Notes under the pieces: generated by a model
Seen by the model: only the letters and a program-made list of their open reading frames with translations
Database searches by the model: none
Told to the model about the DNA's origin: nothing
Assembly (NCBI GenBank): GCA_021731085.1
Contig: JAKFYB010000015.1
Location: forward strand, 81,745-145,744
Source: Dehalococcoidia bacterium
GTDB taxonomy: Bacteria > Chloroflexota > Dehalococcoidia > DSTF01 > JACRBR01
Direction: 5' to 3'
DNA length: 64,000 nucleotides
Shown here: positions 1 through 10,061 of the stretch, in pieces
Position numbering within the stretch: the first letter of the stretch is position 1
Layout: each line of letters begins with the position of its first letter
Translations under genes and position numbers: made by a program

Positions 1-1895
1 TTCGTCGCGCCGCCTTCGGGGCCGAGCGCGTGCTGCTCGTACGTCATCCGGTAAAGGCGCGCGTAGCGCCCGCCAAGCGTCAACAAGTCATCGTGCTTGC
101 CCTGCTCGACGATGCGTCCGTGCTCTAGCACGACGATGCGGTCGGCGTTGCGGATCGTCGAGAGGCGGTGCGCGATGACGAACGACGTGCGCCCGGCGAG
201 CAGCGTCCGAAGCGCGCGCTGGATCACGACCTCCGTCTGCGTGTCGACGTTCGCTGTCGCCTCATCGAGGATCAGGATGCGTGGTTGGGCGATGATCGCC
301 CGCGCGAACGAGATCAGCTGGCGCTGACCGACGCTGAGGTTGCCGCCGCGCTCGTGCAGGTACGTGTCGTAGCCCTCTTCGAGCCGCATGATGAAGTCGT
401 GCGCACCGACGTTCTCGGCAGCGTCCTGCACTTCTTCGTCCGTCGCCTCCGGCCGCGCGTAGCGGATGTTCTCCGCGACCGTGCCCGAAAAGAGGAACGG
501 CTCCTGCAGGACGGTGCCCATCCGGCGAGCGAGGCTGTCGTGCGTGACCTTCCGCACGTCAATGCCGTCGACCTCGATCGAGCCCGACGTCACGTCGTAG
601 AAGCGCGAGAGCAGTGCCGTGATCGTCGTCTTGCCGGCGCCCGTCTGCCCGACGAATGCGATCGTCTCGCCCGGCTCAACGTGCAGGTCGATATCAACGA
701 GCACCGGCACGTCTTCGACGTAGTTGAACGAGACGTGGTTGAAGTCCACCTTGCCGGTGATGTCCTGCAGGACGATCGCGTTCGGGTCATCTTCGAACTC
801 CGGCTTCGTGTCCAGGACTTCGAGCACGCGCTCGCCACCAGCCATCGCGCGCTGAAGCTGCGTGTACTGCAGCACGAGGTCGCGTACGGGGTCGAAGAAG
901 AGCTGGAGCAGCAGTGTAAACGTGACCAACGCTTCTATGCTCATCTGGCCTTCGAGCACGCGGTATCCGCCGTATGCGACGACGAGCGCCATCGCCGACG
1001 CCACGATCACTTCGACGGCAGGCGTGACTGCAGCGGTGAGCATGCCAGCGTTGATATTGGCGCGGAAGTTCTGCTGGTTCACGCCTTCGAAGCGCTTGGC
1101 GTTCTCATCCTCTCGGGAGAGGGACTGGATGACGCGCACGCCCGAGACGTTCTCCTGCAAGTTCGAGTTCACGACGGCGATCGCCTGTCGGACGCGGACG
1201 AACGCGCGTCGTGAGTATGACTGCCAGATAATCATCGTGATAACGAGTACCGGCACAACAGTGAATGTCACAAGTGCGAGCTGCACATCGGCGTACATCA
1301 GGAACAAGACAGCGATGCCGATACCGACGAAGTCACCAAGAATGGTCAGCATGCCGCCCGTCATCAGCTCTTGGAGCGATGTCACGTCGCTGGTCACGCG
1401 CGACATCACGCGGCCCACTTCATTGTTGTCGTAGAACCGCAGCGAGAGCTTCTGGAGGTGCGCGAACATGTCCTTGCGGAGGCGCAACAGCAGCCTGTGA
1501 CCGATCCAGCCCGTCGCCGTGAGCTGCATGTAGTAGAAGCCGGCCGAAATCGCGGCCATCGCGAGATACGCGTAACCCCAGTTGTTGAGCTTGTCGAGAT
1601 CCTGGGCGATCGCTGCGCCTATCAGGCCGCCAACCGCGAACGGCATCGCACGTGTGATGATCGTGAAACCGAGCGTTCCGATGATGGCGAGCGCTAGCCG
1701 GAAGCGGTACGGCGCGATCATCTTCGCCATCCGAACAACAACCTTGTGGCTGTAGACCGAGCCCAACTCGTCGTCGTCCCAGCCATCCGTGCTGCGCTTG
1801 AGTGAGTTGGGGCGCAGATTGCCGCCGGGGCCGCCACCGGCAGGCCCGCCGCCACTCCATCCACCCGCAGAACCCGCGCCGCCGAAGAACACCAT
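1..1895 (-). CDS. ABC transporter fused permease/ATP-binding protein (type I exporter), partial; C-terminus lies beyond the window start
   Basis: Manual translation of the minus strand (not in the ORF track because it runs off the edge) gives a Gly-rich N-terminus, multi-TM region, Walker A GQTGAGKTT, ABC signature LSVGQRQL, and C-terminal ...GRIVEQGKHDDLL at nt 1-120. Its ATG overlaps the stop of the upstream ABC gene (TAATG at 1893-1897). Confidence 0.8.
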   Translation of the reverse strand, partial: MVFFGGAGSAGGWSGGGPAGGGPGGNLRPNSLKRSTDGWDDDELGSVYSHKVVVRMAKMIAPYRFRLALAIIGTLGFTIITRAMPFAVGGLIGAAIAQDLDKLNNWGYAYLAMAAISAGFYYMQLTATGWIGHRLLLRLRKDMFAHLQKLSLRFYDNNEVGRVMSRVTSDVTSLQELMTGGMLTILGDFVGIGIAVLFLMYADVQLALVTFTVVPVLVITMIIWQSYSRRAFVRVRQAIAVVNSNLQENVSGVRVIQSLSREDENAKRFEGVNQQNFRANINAGMLTAAVTPAVEVIVASAMALVVAYGGYRVLEGQMSIEALVTFTLLLQLFFDPVRDLVLQYTQLQRAMAGGERVLEVLDTKPEFEDDPNAIVLQDITGKVDFNHVSFNYVEDVPVLVDIDLHVEPGETIAFVGQTGAGKTTITALLSRFYDVTSGSIEVDGIDVRKVTHDSLARRMGTVLQEPFLFSGTVAENIRYARPEATDEEVQDAAENVGAHDFIMRLEEGYDTYLHERGGNLSVGQRQLISFARAIIAQPRILILDEATANVDTQTEVVIQRALRTLLAGRTSFVIAHRLSTIRNADRIVVLEHGRIVEQGKHDDLLTLGGRYARLYRMTYEQHALGPEGGAT

Positions 1896-3754
1896 TAGTC
1901 AGCGCCTCCGCCAGCAGTCACAGCTTCCGCTTCTTCCGCTGTCTCGATTGGCGTAGCGGCGGCGTGCGCACGCTCGCGGTCGTACGCCTCTTCCTGGTCG
2001 CGCAGTTCGAGATCATAGATCTGGCGGTATGGACCGTCCTGTGTGATGAGTTCCTCGTGCTTGCCACGCTCGACGATGCGCCCGCCCTTCAGCACCACGA
2101 TCTGGTCGGCCGACTTCACGGTCCGCAGGCGCTGCGCGATCACGAACGTCGTGCGACCCTTCATCAATTCGGCGAGCGCCTGCTGGATCAGGTACTCCGT
2201 CTCGGTGTCGACGCTTGATGTCGAGTCGTCGAACACCAGGATCTTCGGGTCGAGCAACAGCGTGCGTGCGATAGAGATGCGCTGCTTCTGCCCCCCGGAA
2301 AGCGTGATGCCACGCTCGCCGACCCATGTGTCGTACTTATCCGGCAGCGTCTCGATAAAGTCGTGGATGCGTGCGAGCTTCGCCGCGTTGTAAATGTCCT
2401 CGTCGGTCGCATCGAATGCACCGTAGGAGATGTTTTCCTTGATTGTCGAAGAAAACAGGAACACGTCCTGCTGGACGATGCCGAACGCGCGTCGCAGCGA
2501 TGCGAGCGAAACTTCACGGATGTCCGTGCCGTCGATCATGATTGTGCCACCGCTGACGTCGTAAAAGCGCGGCATCAGGTTCACGACCGTCGTCTTGCCG
2601 GACCCCGTCTGGCCGAGCAGCGCGATGATCTCACCCGGCTTGGCGTCGATGCTTACGTCGCGGAGTACGGGGCTGATTGCGTCGTAGCCGAAGGACACGT
2701 TCTCGAAGACCACGTGACCCTTCACGGCGGCGAGTTCTGTTGCGCCAGCCTTCTCCTTCACCGCGGACTCCGCATCGAGGATGTCGTAGATGCGCTGGCC
2801 GGAGGTGGACGCGCGCGCCCAGAACATCGTGATGAACCCGAGGCTGCGCACGGGCATCTGGAGCATCGTCAGGTAGAGCATGAACTGCGTGAGCTGGCCC
2901 GTCGTCAGGTTCCCATCGAGGATCTGGCGCGCTCCGTACCAGGCCGTCGAGACCATCGCGACGGCCCAGATGCCGTTGATGATCGGCCCGAACTTCGCCT
3001 GGATGCGGTTCGTCTTGTACGAGTTGTCGAAGAGGTTCTGCGCTTCAGTGTTGAACTTTTCCTGTTCCAGCTCCTCCCGCCCGAACGCCTTCACGACGCG
3101 CATGCCGCTGAGGTTCTCCTGCAGCACGACACCGACGCGCCCCTGGAGGTTCTGCACTTCGAGCCAGATCGGCCGCAGCAGCGACGTCATGCGGATCGAC
3201 ACTGCCGCCGTCGGCGGAATGAAAATCCATGTAACGAGCGCCAGTCGCCAGTCCACCAGGAGCATCATCACGAGCGTGCCGATCAGCAGCGCGACGACGT
3301 ACACCAGGCGCACGACGCCGAGGCTGATAAACATTCTCACGCCTTCGACGTCCTGCGTCGCGCGCTGCATGACCTGACCCGTCTGCGCCTTGTCGTGATA
3401 CGCGAAGCTCAAGCGCTGGAGATGGTCGTAGATGTCGTTGCGGATGTCGTAGGCGACGCGCTGCGAGATGAACTCGCCCAGGTAGGTCTGTAGGAATTGG
3501 AAGAACCCGCGAGCGACCGCCGCACCAACGATGAGCAGCCCGGCGATCATCAGCGTTCGGGCGTTGCCTTGCGGGAGACCTGTTGCCGTGTCGATGTCAA
3601 TGCCGACATCAATCGCGCGGCCAACCAGCCAGGGCCCGATGAGCTGGAACAGCGTGAGGCCGCTGAGCGCGAACAGCACAACCAGAAGCCTGGATTTGTA
3701 GTTCCAGACGTACGAGAGCAAGCGCAGTGGGACAGGAATCCGCCCGTGATTCAT
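1895..3754 (-). CDS. ABC transporter fused permease/ATP-binding protein (MsbA-like exporter), probable heterodimer partner of the downstream ABC gene
   Basis: 619 aa ORF with 6 predicted TM helices followed by Walker A GQTGSGKTT, signature LSGGQKQRISIARTLL, Walker B ILVFDDSTSSVD. Confidence 0.9.
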   Translation of the reverse strand: MNHGRIPVPLRLLSYVWNYKSRLLVVLFALSGLTLFQLIGPWLVGRAIDVGIDIDTATGLPQGNARTLMIAGLLIVGAAVARGFFQFLQTYLGEFISQRVAYDIRNDIYDHLQRLSFAYHDKAQTGQVMQRATQDVEGVRMFISLGVVRLVYVVALLIGTLVMMLLVDWRLALVTWIFIPPTAAVSIRMTSLLRPIWLEVQNLQGRVGVVLQENLSGMRVVKAFGREELEQEKFNTEAQNLFDNSYKTNRIQAKFGPIINGIWAVAMVSTAWYGARQILDGNLTTGQLTQFMLYLTMLQMPVRSLGFITMFWARASTSGQRIYDILDAESAVKEKAGATELAAVKGHVVFENVSFGYDAISPVLRDVSIDAKPGEIIALLGQTGSGKTTVVNLMPRFYDVSGGTIMIDGTDIREVSLASLRRAFGIVQQDVFLFSSTIKENISYGAFDATDEDIYNAAKLARIHDFIETLPDKYDTWVGERGITLSGGQKQRISIARTLLLDPKILVFDDSTSSVDTETEYLIQQALAELMKGRTTFVIAQRLRTVKSADQIVVLKGGRIVERGKHEELITQDGPYRQIYDLELRDQEEAYDRERAHAAATPIETAEEAEAVTAGGGAD

Positions 3755-4173
3755 GTGACCCTAGGATAACGTACCCTGACGTGTACGTAAAGGTTGGATC
3801 ACCTTCGAATCTCGCAGCTCATTGGTGAAGCAGCCACTTGTCCCCAAGGCTTGAGGCAAACCCAGCTCTCACTGAGGCTCCCCAGGCGTTGCTCCCACGA
3901 CGATGGTTCTTTCGTCACGGACGCGCTTTATATGCGCTTCCTGGTGCCCGAGTGGCTTTCTGTTCGCGAATCCTAAACGCCCAAAGCTAAATTGCCCGGC
4001 AGAATTTCATTTACTGGAAGGGAACACGTTTAGTTTGTGATTTTCGCAATGCCGAGGCAACCGTCGTGGCGGGACGGAGTTCCGAAGGTCTGAGGCGCAG
4101 GCTAGGTGTCGAGGGACTCAATGTCCAAGTGCACGATGGCACATTACGAACGGCTACCTGTTAACTTCTCCAC

Positions 4174-4860
4174 ATGCGCCGCGCCGACCGCCTCTTCCAA
4201 CTCATCCAGCTCCTTCGCCGCAAGAACGTCTGCACCGCCGCCTGGCTCGCCGACGAACTCGAGGTCTCGGAGCGCACGATCTATCGCGACGTGCGCGACC
4301 TCGTGCTGTCTGGCGTCCCCATAGAAGGGGAAGCTGGCGTCGGCTACATCATGCGAAAGGGCTTCGACCTGCCGCCTCTTATGTTCACTGAGTCCGAGAT
4401 CGAAGCGATGGTCCTCGGCGCGCGCGTCGTCACCAGCTACGGCGACACCGAACTGGCTCGCGCTGCCCGCGATGCACTGCTGCGCGTCGAGTCCGTGCTG
4501 CCCGATCGCCTCAAGGCGAAGGTCGAGAAGACGCCCCTCTTCGCGCCCGCCTTCCACATACCGCCTGTGTTCGCTGCGTCCCTCACCATCCTCCGCCGCG
4601 CCATCGACGAGCGCCGCAAGGTGCGGATGGCTTACACCGACGGGGACGGCAGTGCGACAGAGCGCGTCGTCCGCCCGATCGGCCTCTTCTTCTGGGGCAG
4701 CACCTGGTCGCTCAGCGGCTGGTGCGAGCTGCGCGACGACTTCCGCAGCTTCCGCCTCGACCGGATGCGCGAACTAACCCCCCTCCGCGAGCGCTTCTAC
4801 GACGAACCCGGCAAGACCATCGAGGACTACCTCGCCCGCCGTGGCGAGTCCGACCGATAG
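4174..4860 (+). CDS. HTH + WYL-domain transcriptional regulator (YafY/PafC-like)
   Basis: N-terminal DeoR-like HTH (LADELEVSERTIYRDVRDL), central WYL-type domain, C-terminal WCX-like region; ATG start at 4174. Confidence 0.8.
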   Translation: MRRADRLFQLIQLLRRKNVCTAAWLADELEVSERTIYRDVRDLVLSGVPIEGEAGVGYIMRKGFDLPPLMFTESEIEAMVLGARVVTSYGDTELARAARDALLRVESVLPDRLKAKVEKTPLFAPAFHIPPVFAASLTILRRAIDERRKVRMAYTDGDGSATERVVRPIGLFFWGSTWSLSGWCELRDDFRSFRLDRMRELTPLRERFYDEPGKTIEDYLARRGESDR

Positions 4861-5204
4861 CACGCAGATCGCCGTAGGGGCGGCCCTATGTGGCCGCCTG
4901 GCGGCCAGCAAGTCGGGCATTTCAGGTTCGCAAATGCGGAGGTCTTTCTAAGCTGAAGAGTGCGGCGGAGCTAATCCTCCGCGGGCATTGGCACCATCTC
5001 AATCCGTCGATTCAGCCAAATCTGCGTGAAGTGGCGGGTTCGGATGCAGGGCGCCGCGGCCGATGATATACGCGACGCAACGGCGCCAGCCGCTGGTCCG
5101 CGCACACTCCATTCACACCGAATTAACCGCCCCTTAACCCGGCGCAACACGCGCCTCCGGATACTGAGGGCGAACCAAGACGACCGCACACAAGGAGCAC
5201 CTCC

Positions 5205-5492
5205 GTGACGACGCAAGAGTCCACAGTTGCCAACGCGGACCTCTGGGGAAAGTACTTCGAAGAGCAGTGGCGCTGGCTCACGCCGATCGCAGGGCCGGAA
5301 GCATCGCGCGTCGCCGCGGCCAACGGCGCCCGCATCGCGAACTTTCTCACGCTCGTCGCCGCCGGCCCGATCGCCTGGCTGTACAACAACAGCGCGCCAA
5401 CCTCGAACGTCACGCCAATCCGCAACGGCATCGAGCGCCGCGAGACAGACTTCCGCAGTGACATGGAGTCCGTGGAAGCACACGCTGCGTAG
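5205..5492 (+). CDS. hypothetical small protein (95 aa)
   Basis: GTG start preceded by AAGGAG RBS; followed 20 bp downstream by a REP-like hairpin; no recognisable family. Confidence 0.45.
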   Translation: MTTQESTVANADLWGKYFEEQWRWLTPIAGPEASRVAAANGARIANFLTLVAAGPIAWLYNNSAPTSNVTPIRNGIERRETDFRSDMESVEAHAA

Positions 5493-5513
5493 TCGATCCG
5501 AAGACACAGATCC

Positions 5514-5536
5514 GGAGCGCGGGCTTTCAGCCCGCG
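5514..5536 (-). repeat. REP-like hairpin repeat copy 1 (reverse orientation)
   Basis: CGGAGCGCGGGCTTTCAGCCCGCG, 20 nt after the 5205 gene. Confidence 0.7.
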
Positions 5537-5684
5537 TTTTCGCGTGTGCCCACTTGTCGTCATCAAGCACCAATCCGCGTCGGCGATGCAATCTCCGGTA
5601 GGGGCGCCGCTCTGCCGCGCCCTCGCCGGTCGCCACGTAGGACTGTGATTGCCGCCGGTCGCCGCCCGCCATACGCTTTCCCGC

Positions 5685-6737
5685 ATGGAACCCGCCTCCG
5701 TCCCCAACATCACGCAATCCGCCGTCGACCTGCTCGCCGCGCTCGACGCGACGCAACGCGAAACCGCCACCTTCCGCCTCGACGACGAGGCCACGCGCAC
5801 TGACTGGGCCTACTTTCCGAGACAATCGCACGGCCTCGCGATAGGCGCGACAGACGCGAAGCAACAGAAACTCGCGCACCGGCTGCTCTCCCACGGACTC
5901 AGCCTCCACGCCTACGCGAAAGTCACGACGATCATCGCCCTCGACAATGTGCTCGACGTCATCGAAGATCGCACGCGTTCGGTCGTCCGCGATCCCGCGC
6001 GCTACTTCTTCAGCATATTCGGAGATCCGTCGTCGCCGCCGTGGGCGTTCCAGTTCGAGGGCCATCACGTCAGCATCAATCTCACGCTGAGCGCCGACGG
6101 CCACGTCTCGCCAACACCCCTCTTCCTCGGCTCGAACCCCGCCGAGATCACGCACGCCGGCCACCCGATCGTCCGCGTCTGCGGCGAGGAGGAAGACGCC
6201 GGCCGCGACCTTCTCCGCTCGTTCGGCGCGGAAGAACTCGCCCGCGCGGTCATCTGCAAGGTCGCCCCGCCCGACTTCATCCTCATGAACGCGGCCCGCG
6301 TCCCCGACCATATTCGTACGGGCGATGCGCCCGCGCTCCGAAACATCGCAGAGGATTTCGCGAAGCTCACCGACGACGACAAGCAGCGCCTCTCGTTCGA
6401 TCGTGCACGCCCTGCAGGACTCGCGTTCCGCGACATGACGCCGGCCCAGCGCGAACGCCTGTCCGCCCTCATCGACATCTACACCGACCGCCTGCCCGAC
6501 GACCTCGCCCGCATCGAACGTGCAAAGGTCGACGCGGCAGGACTCGACGCTGTCCACTTCGCATGGGCTGGCAGCGAGCATCAACGGCAGGGTCACTACT
6601 ACCGCATCCACGGGCCGTCACTACTCATCGAGTACGACAACACGCAGGACGACGCCAACCACGTCCACGCCGTCTGGCGCGACCCGACATCCGACTTCGG
6701 CGCCAGCATCCTCCGCGACCATGTCGCCACGCACTGA
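5685..6737 (+). CDS. DUF3500 family protein
   Basis: Motifs FEGHHVS and YYRIHGPSLLIEYDNTQDDANHVH are typical of DUF3500. ATG at 5685 chosen over the track start 5649. Confidence 0.65.
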   Translation: MEPASVPNITQSAVDLLAALDATQRETATFRLDDEATRTDWAYFPRQSHGLAIGATDAKQQKLAHRLLSHGLSLHAYAKVTTIIALDNVLDVIEDRTRSVVRDPARYFFSIFGDPSSPPWAFQFEGHHVSINLTLSADGHVSPTPLFLGSNPAEITHAGHPIVRVCGEEEDAGRDLLRSFGAEELARAVICKVAPPDFILMNAARVPDHIRTGDAPALRNIAEDFAKLTDDDKQRLSFDRARPAGLAFRDMTPAQRERLSALIDIYTDRLPDDLARIERAKVDAAGLDAVHFAWAGSEHQRQGHYYRIHGPSLLIEYDNTQDDANHVHAVWRDPTSDFGASILRDHVATH

Positions 6738-6796
6738 CTCGCTGCTGTCATTGTTCTTCGGCGTGGCGTTATCCTGCGTCGGCTAGACACGCATCC

Positions 6797-7662
6797 ATGC
6801 GCCTTCGACTCTTCGTTCGACGCGTCATGCCGTTTTCGATCAGATGGCGGATTCGGATCTTGATTCGCAAGTTTCATGATCGATGGGCGGCCACGCGATA
6901 TGCGCGCGCACGCGGCTCCAATTCGACGTTCCTGCACCTTGTCTGCCGCTACGAACGCCCGCTGATCTGCTACTCCGGCCAGGAGGCCCGCTTCGCAGGC
7001 AAGCGCCACAACAGCGATCTCGTCCTTCGCGCCTGCGACAGGCTCGTCATCGCCCCAGGCGAGACCTTCTCGTTCTGACACACCGTCGGCCGCCCGACGC
7101 GTGCCCGCGGTTTCAAGCCCGCAGCCGCGCTCAAGAACCGCCAGCTCGTTGAGGACGTTGGTGGCGCCGTCTGTCTAACATCCACGCTGCTCTACAACAT
7201 CGGATTGCTCTCCGGCATGAAGATCGTCGAACGCCACTGTCACAGCGTCGACTCATACGGCGACGCGCGCTACTTCGAGCTCGGCCGGGATGCGGCCGTC
7301 GAATACGCCTACCTCGACCTCCGCTTCCGCAACGACTTCCCGCAACCGCTCCTCATCCGCTCCCGCGTCGAAGCAGAGTCCGTCGTCGCCTAATCTGGGC
7401 TGCAACCACCCTCGGCGTGGAAGTAGAGATCGGCGTCGAACAACCCACCTTCACACCCCCATCAACCATCACGACCGCCGACCCCTCACTCACCGAAGGC
7501 ACCTCCGTGGTCGATGACACCGGAACAACGGGCGTCAGCGTCCGCACGAAACGCATCTTCCGCACCGCCAACCGCCGTGATGTAGAGGATCTCGGCCTGT
7601 CGATCCATCACGCCGTCCCTCGCCGTGTGCGCGAGGGCCCATCGCCCGCCATTCGCTCCTAA
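6797..7662 (+). pseudogene. VanW-family protein, disrupted by an in-frame TGA (7076-7078) and a frameshift near 7393-7417
   Basis: Three consecutive ORF fragments (93 + 105 + 82 aa) together reconstruct a VanW-like protein of about 280 aa: VIAPGETFSF*HTVGRPTRARGF...GGAVCLTSTLLYN...DLRFRNDFPQPLLIRSRVEAESVVA, then in another frame VEVEIGVEQPTFTPP... Confidence 0.55.
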
Positions 7663-7736
7663 TGCCCCCGATTGCTACGATCCGCCTGTCGGCAGAAGCC
7701 GACCAATCACCAATCACCAACCTCCAGGAGCCCAAG

Positions 7737-8624
7737 ATGAGCGTCCTCGTCAATGCGAACACCCGCGTCCTCGTCCAGGGCATCACCGGTAAGGAAGGCT
7801 CCTTCCAGACCCAGCGCTGCATCGAGTACGGGACCAAGGTCGTCGCCGGCGTCACGCCCGGCCGCGGCGGCGAAAAGACCGAGCACGGGGTCCCCGTCTT
7901 CAACACCGTCAGCCAGGCCGTGAAGGAGACGGGCGCTGACTGCGCGCTCATCTTCGTCCCGCCGCCCTTCGCCGCCGACGCCATCCTCGAGGCATACGAC
8001 GCCGCCGTCCCGCTCGCCGTCTGCATCACGGAGGGCATCCCGACGCTCGACATGGTGAAGGTGAAGCGCGCGATCACGGGCGGCCCGACACGTCTCATCG
8101 GCCCGAACTGCCCCGGCGTCATCACGGCCGGCGAGTGCCGCGTCGGCATCATGCCCGGCCACGTCTTCGCCGCCGGCAGCGTCGGCGTCATCTCGCGCTC
8201 CGGCACACTTGTATATGAGGCCGTCGACCAGCTCACGCGACGCGGCATCGGCCAGTCGACGTGCATCGGCGTCGGAGGCGACCCGATCATCGGCACGACG
8301 CAGCGCGAGGCCGTCGAGCTGCTCAACAACGACCCCGACACCGCCGCCATCATCCTCATTGGCGAGATCGGCGGCAACGCCGAGCAAGAAGCGGCCGAGT
8401 ACATCAAGAAGAACGTGAAGAAGCCCGTCATCTCCTTCATCGCCGGCTCCACCGCGCCCGCCGGCCGCCGCATGGGCCACGCCGGCGCCATCATCAGCGG
8501 CAACAGCGGCACAGCCTCCGCCAAGAAACAGGCTCTCGCCGACGCAGGCGCCACCGTCGTCGACGCCCCGGCCGAAATCGGCGCCACCACCGAACGTGTC
8601 CTCAAAGAACGCGGTCTGCTGTAA
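7737..8624 (+). CDS. sucD: succinyl-CoA synthetase alpha subunit
   Basis: [25 protein letters not shown]...[14 protein letters not shown] aligns along its full length with SucD; GGAG-like RBS upstream of 7737; no sucC in the window. Confidence 0.9.
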   Translation: MSVLVNANTRVLVQGITGKEGSFQTQRCIEYGTKVVAGVTPGRGGEKTEHGVPVFNTVSQAVKETGADCALIFVPPPFAADAILEAYDAAVPLAVCITEGIPTLDMVKVKRAITGGPTRLIGPNCPGVITAGECRVGIMPGHVFAAGSVGVISRSGTLVYEAVDQLTRRGIGQSTCIGVGGDPIIGTTQREAVELLNNDPDTAAIILIGEIGGNAEQEAAEYIKKNVKKPVISFIAGSTAPAGRRMGHAGAIISGNSGTASAKKQALADAGATVVDAPAEIGATTERVLKERGLL

Positions 8625-8664
8625 GCAGGAGCGCCCCGCGTAAGCCTGCCGTAAACTAACCGCC

Positions 8665-10029
8665 ATGCAAGTGCCCGAAACCCGCTACGCCCGCATTGGC
8701 GATATCCGCATCGCCTACCAGATGTGGGGCGAAGGCCCGCCGCTGATCATCATTCCCGCCTTCATATCGAACATCGAGATCAGCTGGGAACACGAACTCT
8801 ATCGCCGCACGCTCGAGTACATGGGCAAGTACATGACGTGCGTTCAATTCGACAAACGCGGCATGGGCTTGTCGGATCGATTCGAAGAAGTGCCTACACT
8901 CGAGCAGCGGATCGAGGACGTCCTCGCCGTGATGGACGCGGCGGGTTGGGAACGCGCACACATCTTCGGCGTGTCGGAGGGCGGTGCGATGGCGCAGCTC
9001 TTCGCCGCAGACTACCCGCGTCGCACTGAAAGCCTGACGGTCATCAACACGTTCATCTCCCCGCGCTACCGAAGCGGTCTCCGCAGCTACGTCCGAGAGG
9101 ATGACCCTCCCTGGTCCACCGAACAGCAAACCGTCGATCGATTCCTCCACATGGCCGACACGTGGGCCGAGGAACCCGCGTATCAGGTCGAGTACGAAAT
9201 GCCGAGCCAGATCGGCAACGAGTCCTTCACTAGGTGGGTTGGGAGACTGCAACGCTTCTCCGCGAGCCCGAAGGACTTCCGGCGTCAGTTCTTAAGCATC
9301 GTTGGTCTCGACGCGGGCGACGCCCCCGAGCGCATCGCTGCTCGCACGATGGTGATGCACGTGAAGGGTGACAAAGTGCTACACGTCGCGATGGGTCGCC
9401 GGTTGGCTGACCTCATTCCGGGTGCGAAATATGTGGAGATCCAAGGCGCCGATCACTTCTCATGGATCATGCCGAACTGGCGAGAGGTCTGCGATATCTT
9501 CATCGACTTCATCACCGGCACGCCGATCACACGCACGACGACGCGGCAGTTCGGCACCGTGCTTTTTACCGATATCGTCGACTCGACGAGGCAGTCAGCA
9601 GCACTCGGCGACGCGAAATGGCGTGCCGTGCTCGACGGCCACGACCGCACCGCCCGCGGTCTCATTGACCAGCACCGCGGCCGCGTGGTGAAGAGCACCG
9701 GCGATGGCTTGCTCGCCGTCTTCGACGCGCCGTCGCAAGGCGTCGAGTGCGGCATCAAGCTTTGCGACGCCCTGCGAGGCATCGGCATCCAGATCCGCGC
9801 GGGCCTTCACGCCGGCGAGATCGAAGTCCACGACGACGGCGACATCTCCGGCATCGCCGTCAACCTCGCCGCCCGCGTTGAGCAGCAGGCCTCCGACGGC
9901 GAACTCTGGACGTCATCCACGGTTCGCGACCTCATGCTCGGCGGCAGCGCCAACTTCTCCGAGAAAGGCGAGTACAGCCTCAAGGGCATCGACGGCGCCT
10001 GGCGCCTCTTCGCCGTCGAACCCCGCTAG
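8665..10029 (+). CDS. alpha/beta-hydrolase domain fused to class III adenylate/guanylate cyclase domain (LipJ-like architecture)
   Basis: N-terminal alpha/beta hydrolase (HIFGVSEGGAMAQ nucleophile elbow); C-terminal cyclase homology domain (FTDIVDSTR...KSTGDGLLAVF...GLHAGE). Confidence 0.8.
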   Translation: MQVPETRYARIGDIRIAYQMWGEGPPLIIIPAFISNIEISWEHELYRRTLEYMGKYMTCVQFDKRGMGLSDRFEEVPTLEQRIEDVLAVMDAAGWERAHIFGVSEGGAMAQLFAADYPRRTESLTVINTFISPRYRSGLRSYVREDDPPWSTEQQTVDRFLHMADTWAEEPAYQVEYEMPSQIGNESFTRWVGRLQRFSASPKDFRRQFLSIVGLDAGDAPERIAARTMVMHVKGDKVLHVAMGRRLADLIPGAKYVEIQGADHFSWIMPNWREVCDIFIDFITGTPITRTTTRQFGTVLFTDIVDSTRQSAALGDAKWRAVLDGHDRTARGLIDQHRGRVVKSTGDGLLAVFDAPSQGVECGIKLCDALRGIGIQIRAGLHAGEIEVHDDGDISGIAVNLAARVEQQASDGELWTSSTVRDLMLGGSANFSEKGEYSLKGIDGAWRLFAVEPR

Positions 10030-10061
10030 CCGTACACCCGCGAGAATGCGCGGGCCAGCGT

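Noticed and set aside
168-1214. 348-aa plus-strand ORF
   Set aside because: It is antisense to the ABC transporter gene that I could translate on the minus strand with clear Walker/signature motifs. Long antisense ORFs are expected at about 68 % GC. Its product is Arg/Asp/Glu-rich low-complexity sequence.
4971-6611. 546-aa minus-strand ORF
   Set aside because: It is antisense to the DUF3500 gene and the small upstream gene. Its product has no motifs and an Arg/Gly/Ala-biased composition.
6041-6796. N-terminal 250 codons of the 345-aa plus-strand ORF 6041-7078
   Set aside because: It overlaps the DUF3500 gene out of frame and is extremely Arg/Pro-rich. Only the last 93 codons (from ATG 6797) belong to the VanW remnant.
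7076-7078. In-frame TGA in the VanW-like gene as selenocysteine or programmed readthrough
   Set aside because: No SECIS-like hairpin follows. The corresponding position in VanW proteins is not Cys. A second lesion (frameshift) occurs 300 bp downstream. A pseudogene or sequencing error is more parsimonious.
7662-7736. ATG at 7662 (TAATG overlap with the VanW remnant) as the sucD start
   Set aside because: SucD alignments begin at [15 protein letters not shown] (7737), which also has a GGAG-type RBS. The 25 upstream codons are not SucD-like.
8665-10029. Cyclase gene as a CBASS/anti-phage nucleotidyltransferase
   Set aside because: The domain is a class III adenylyl/guanylyl cyclase (CHD) fused to an alpha/beta hydrolase, not a CD-NTase. 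No effector or Cap genes are adjacent.
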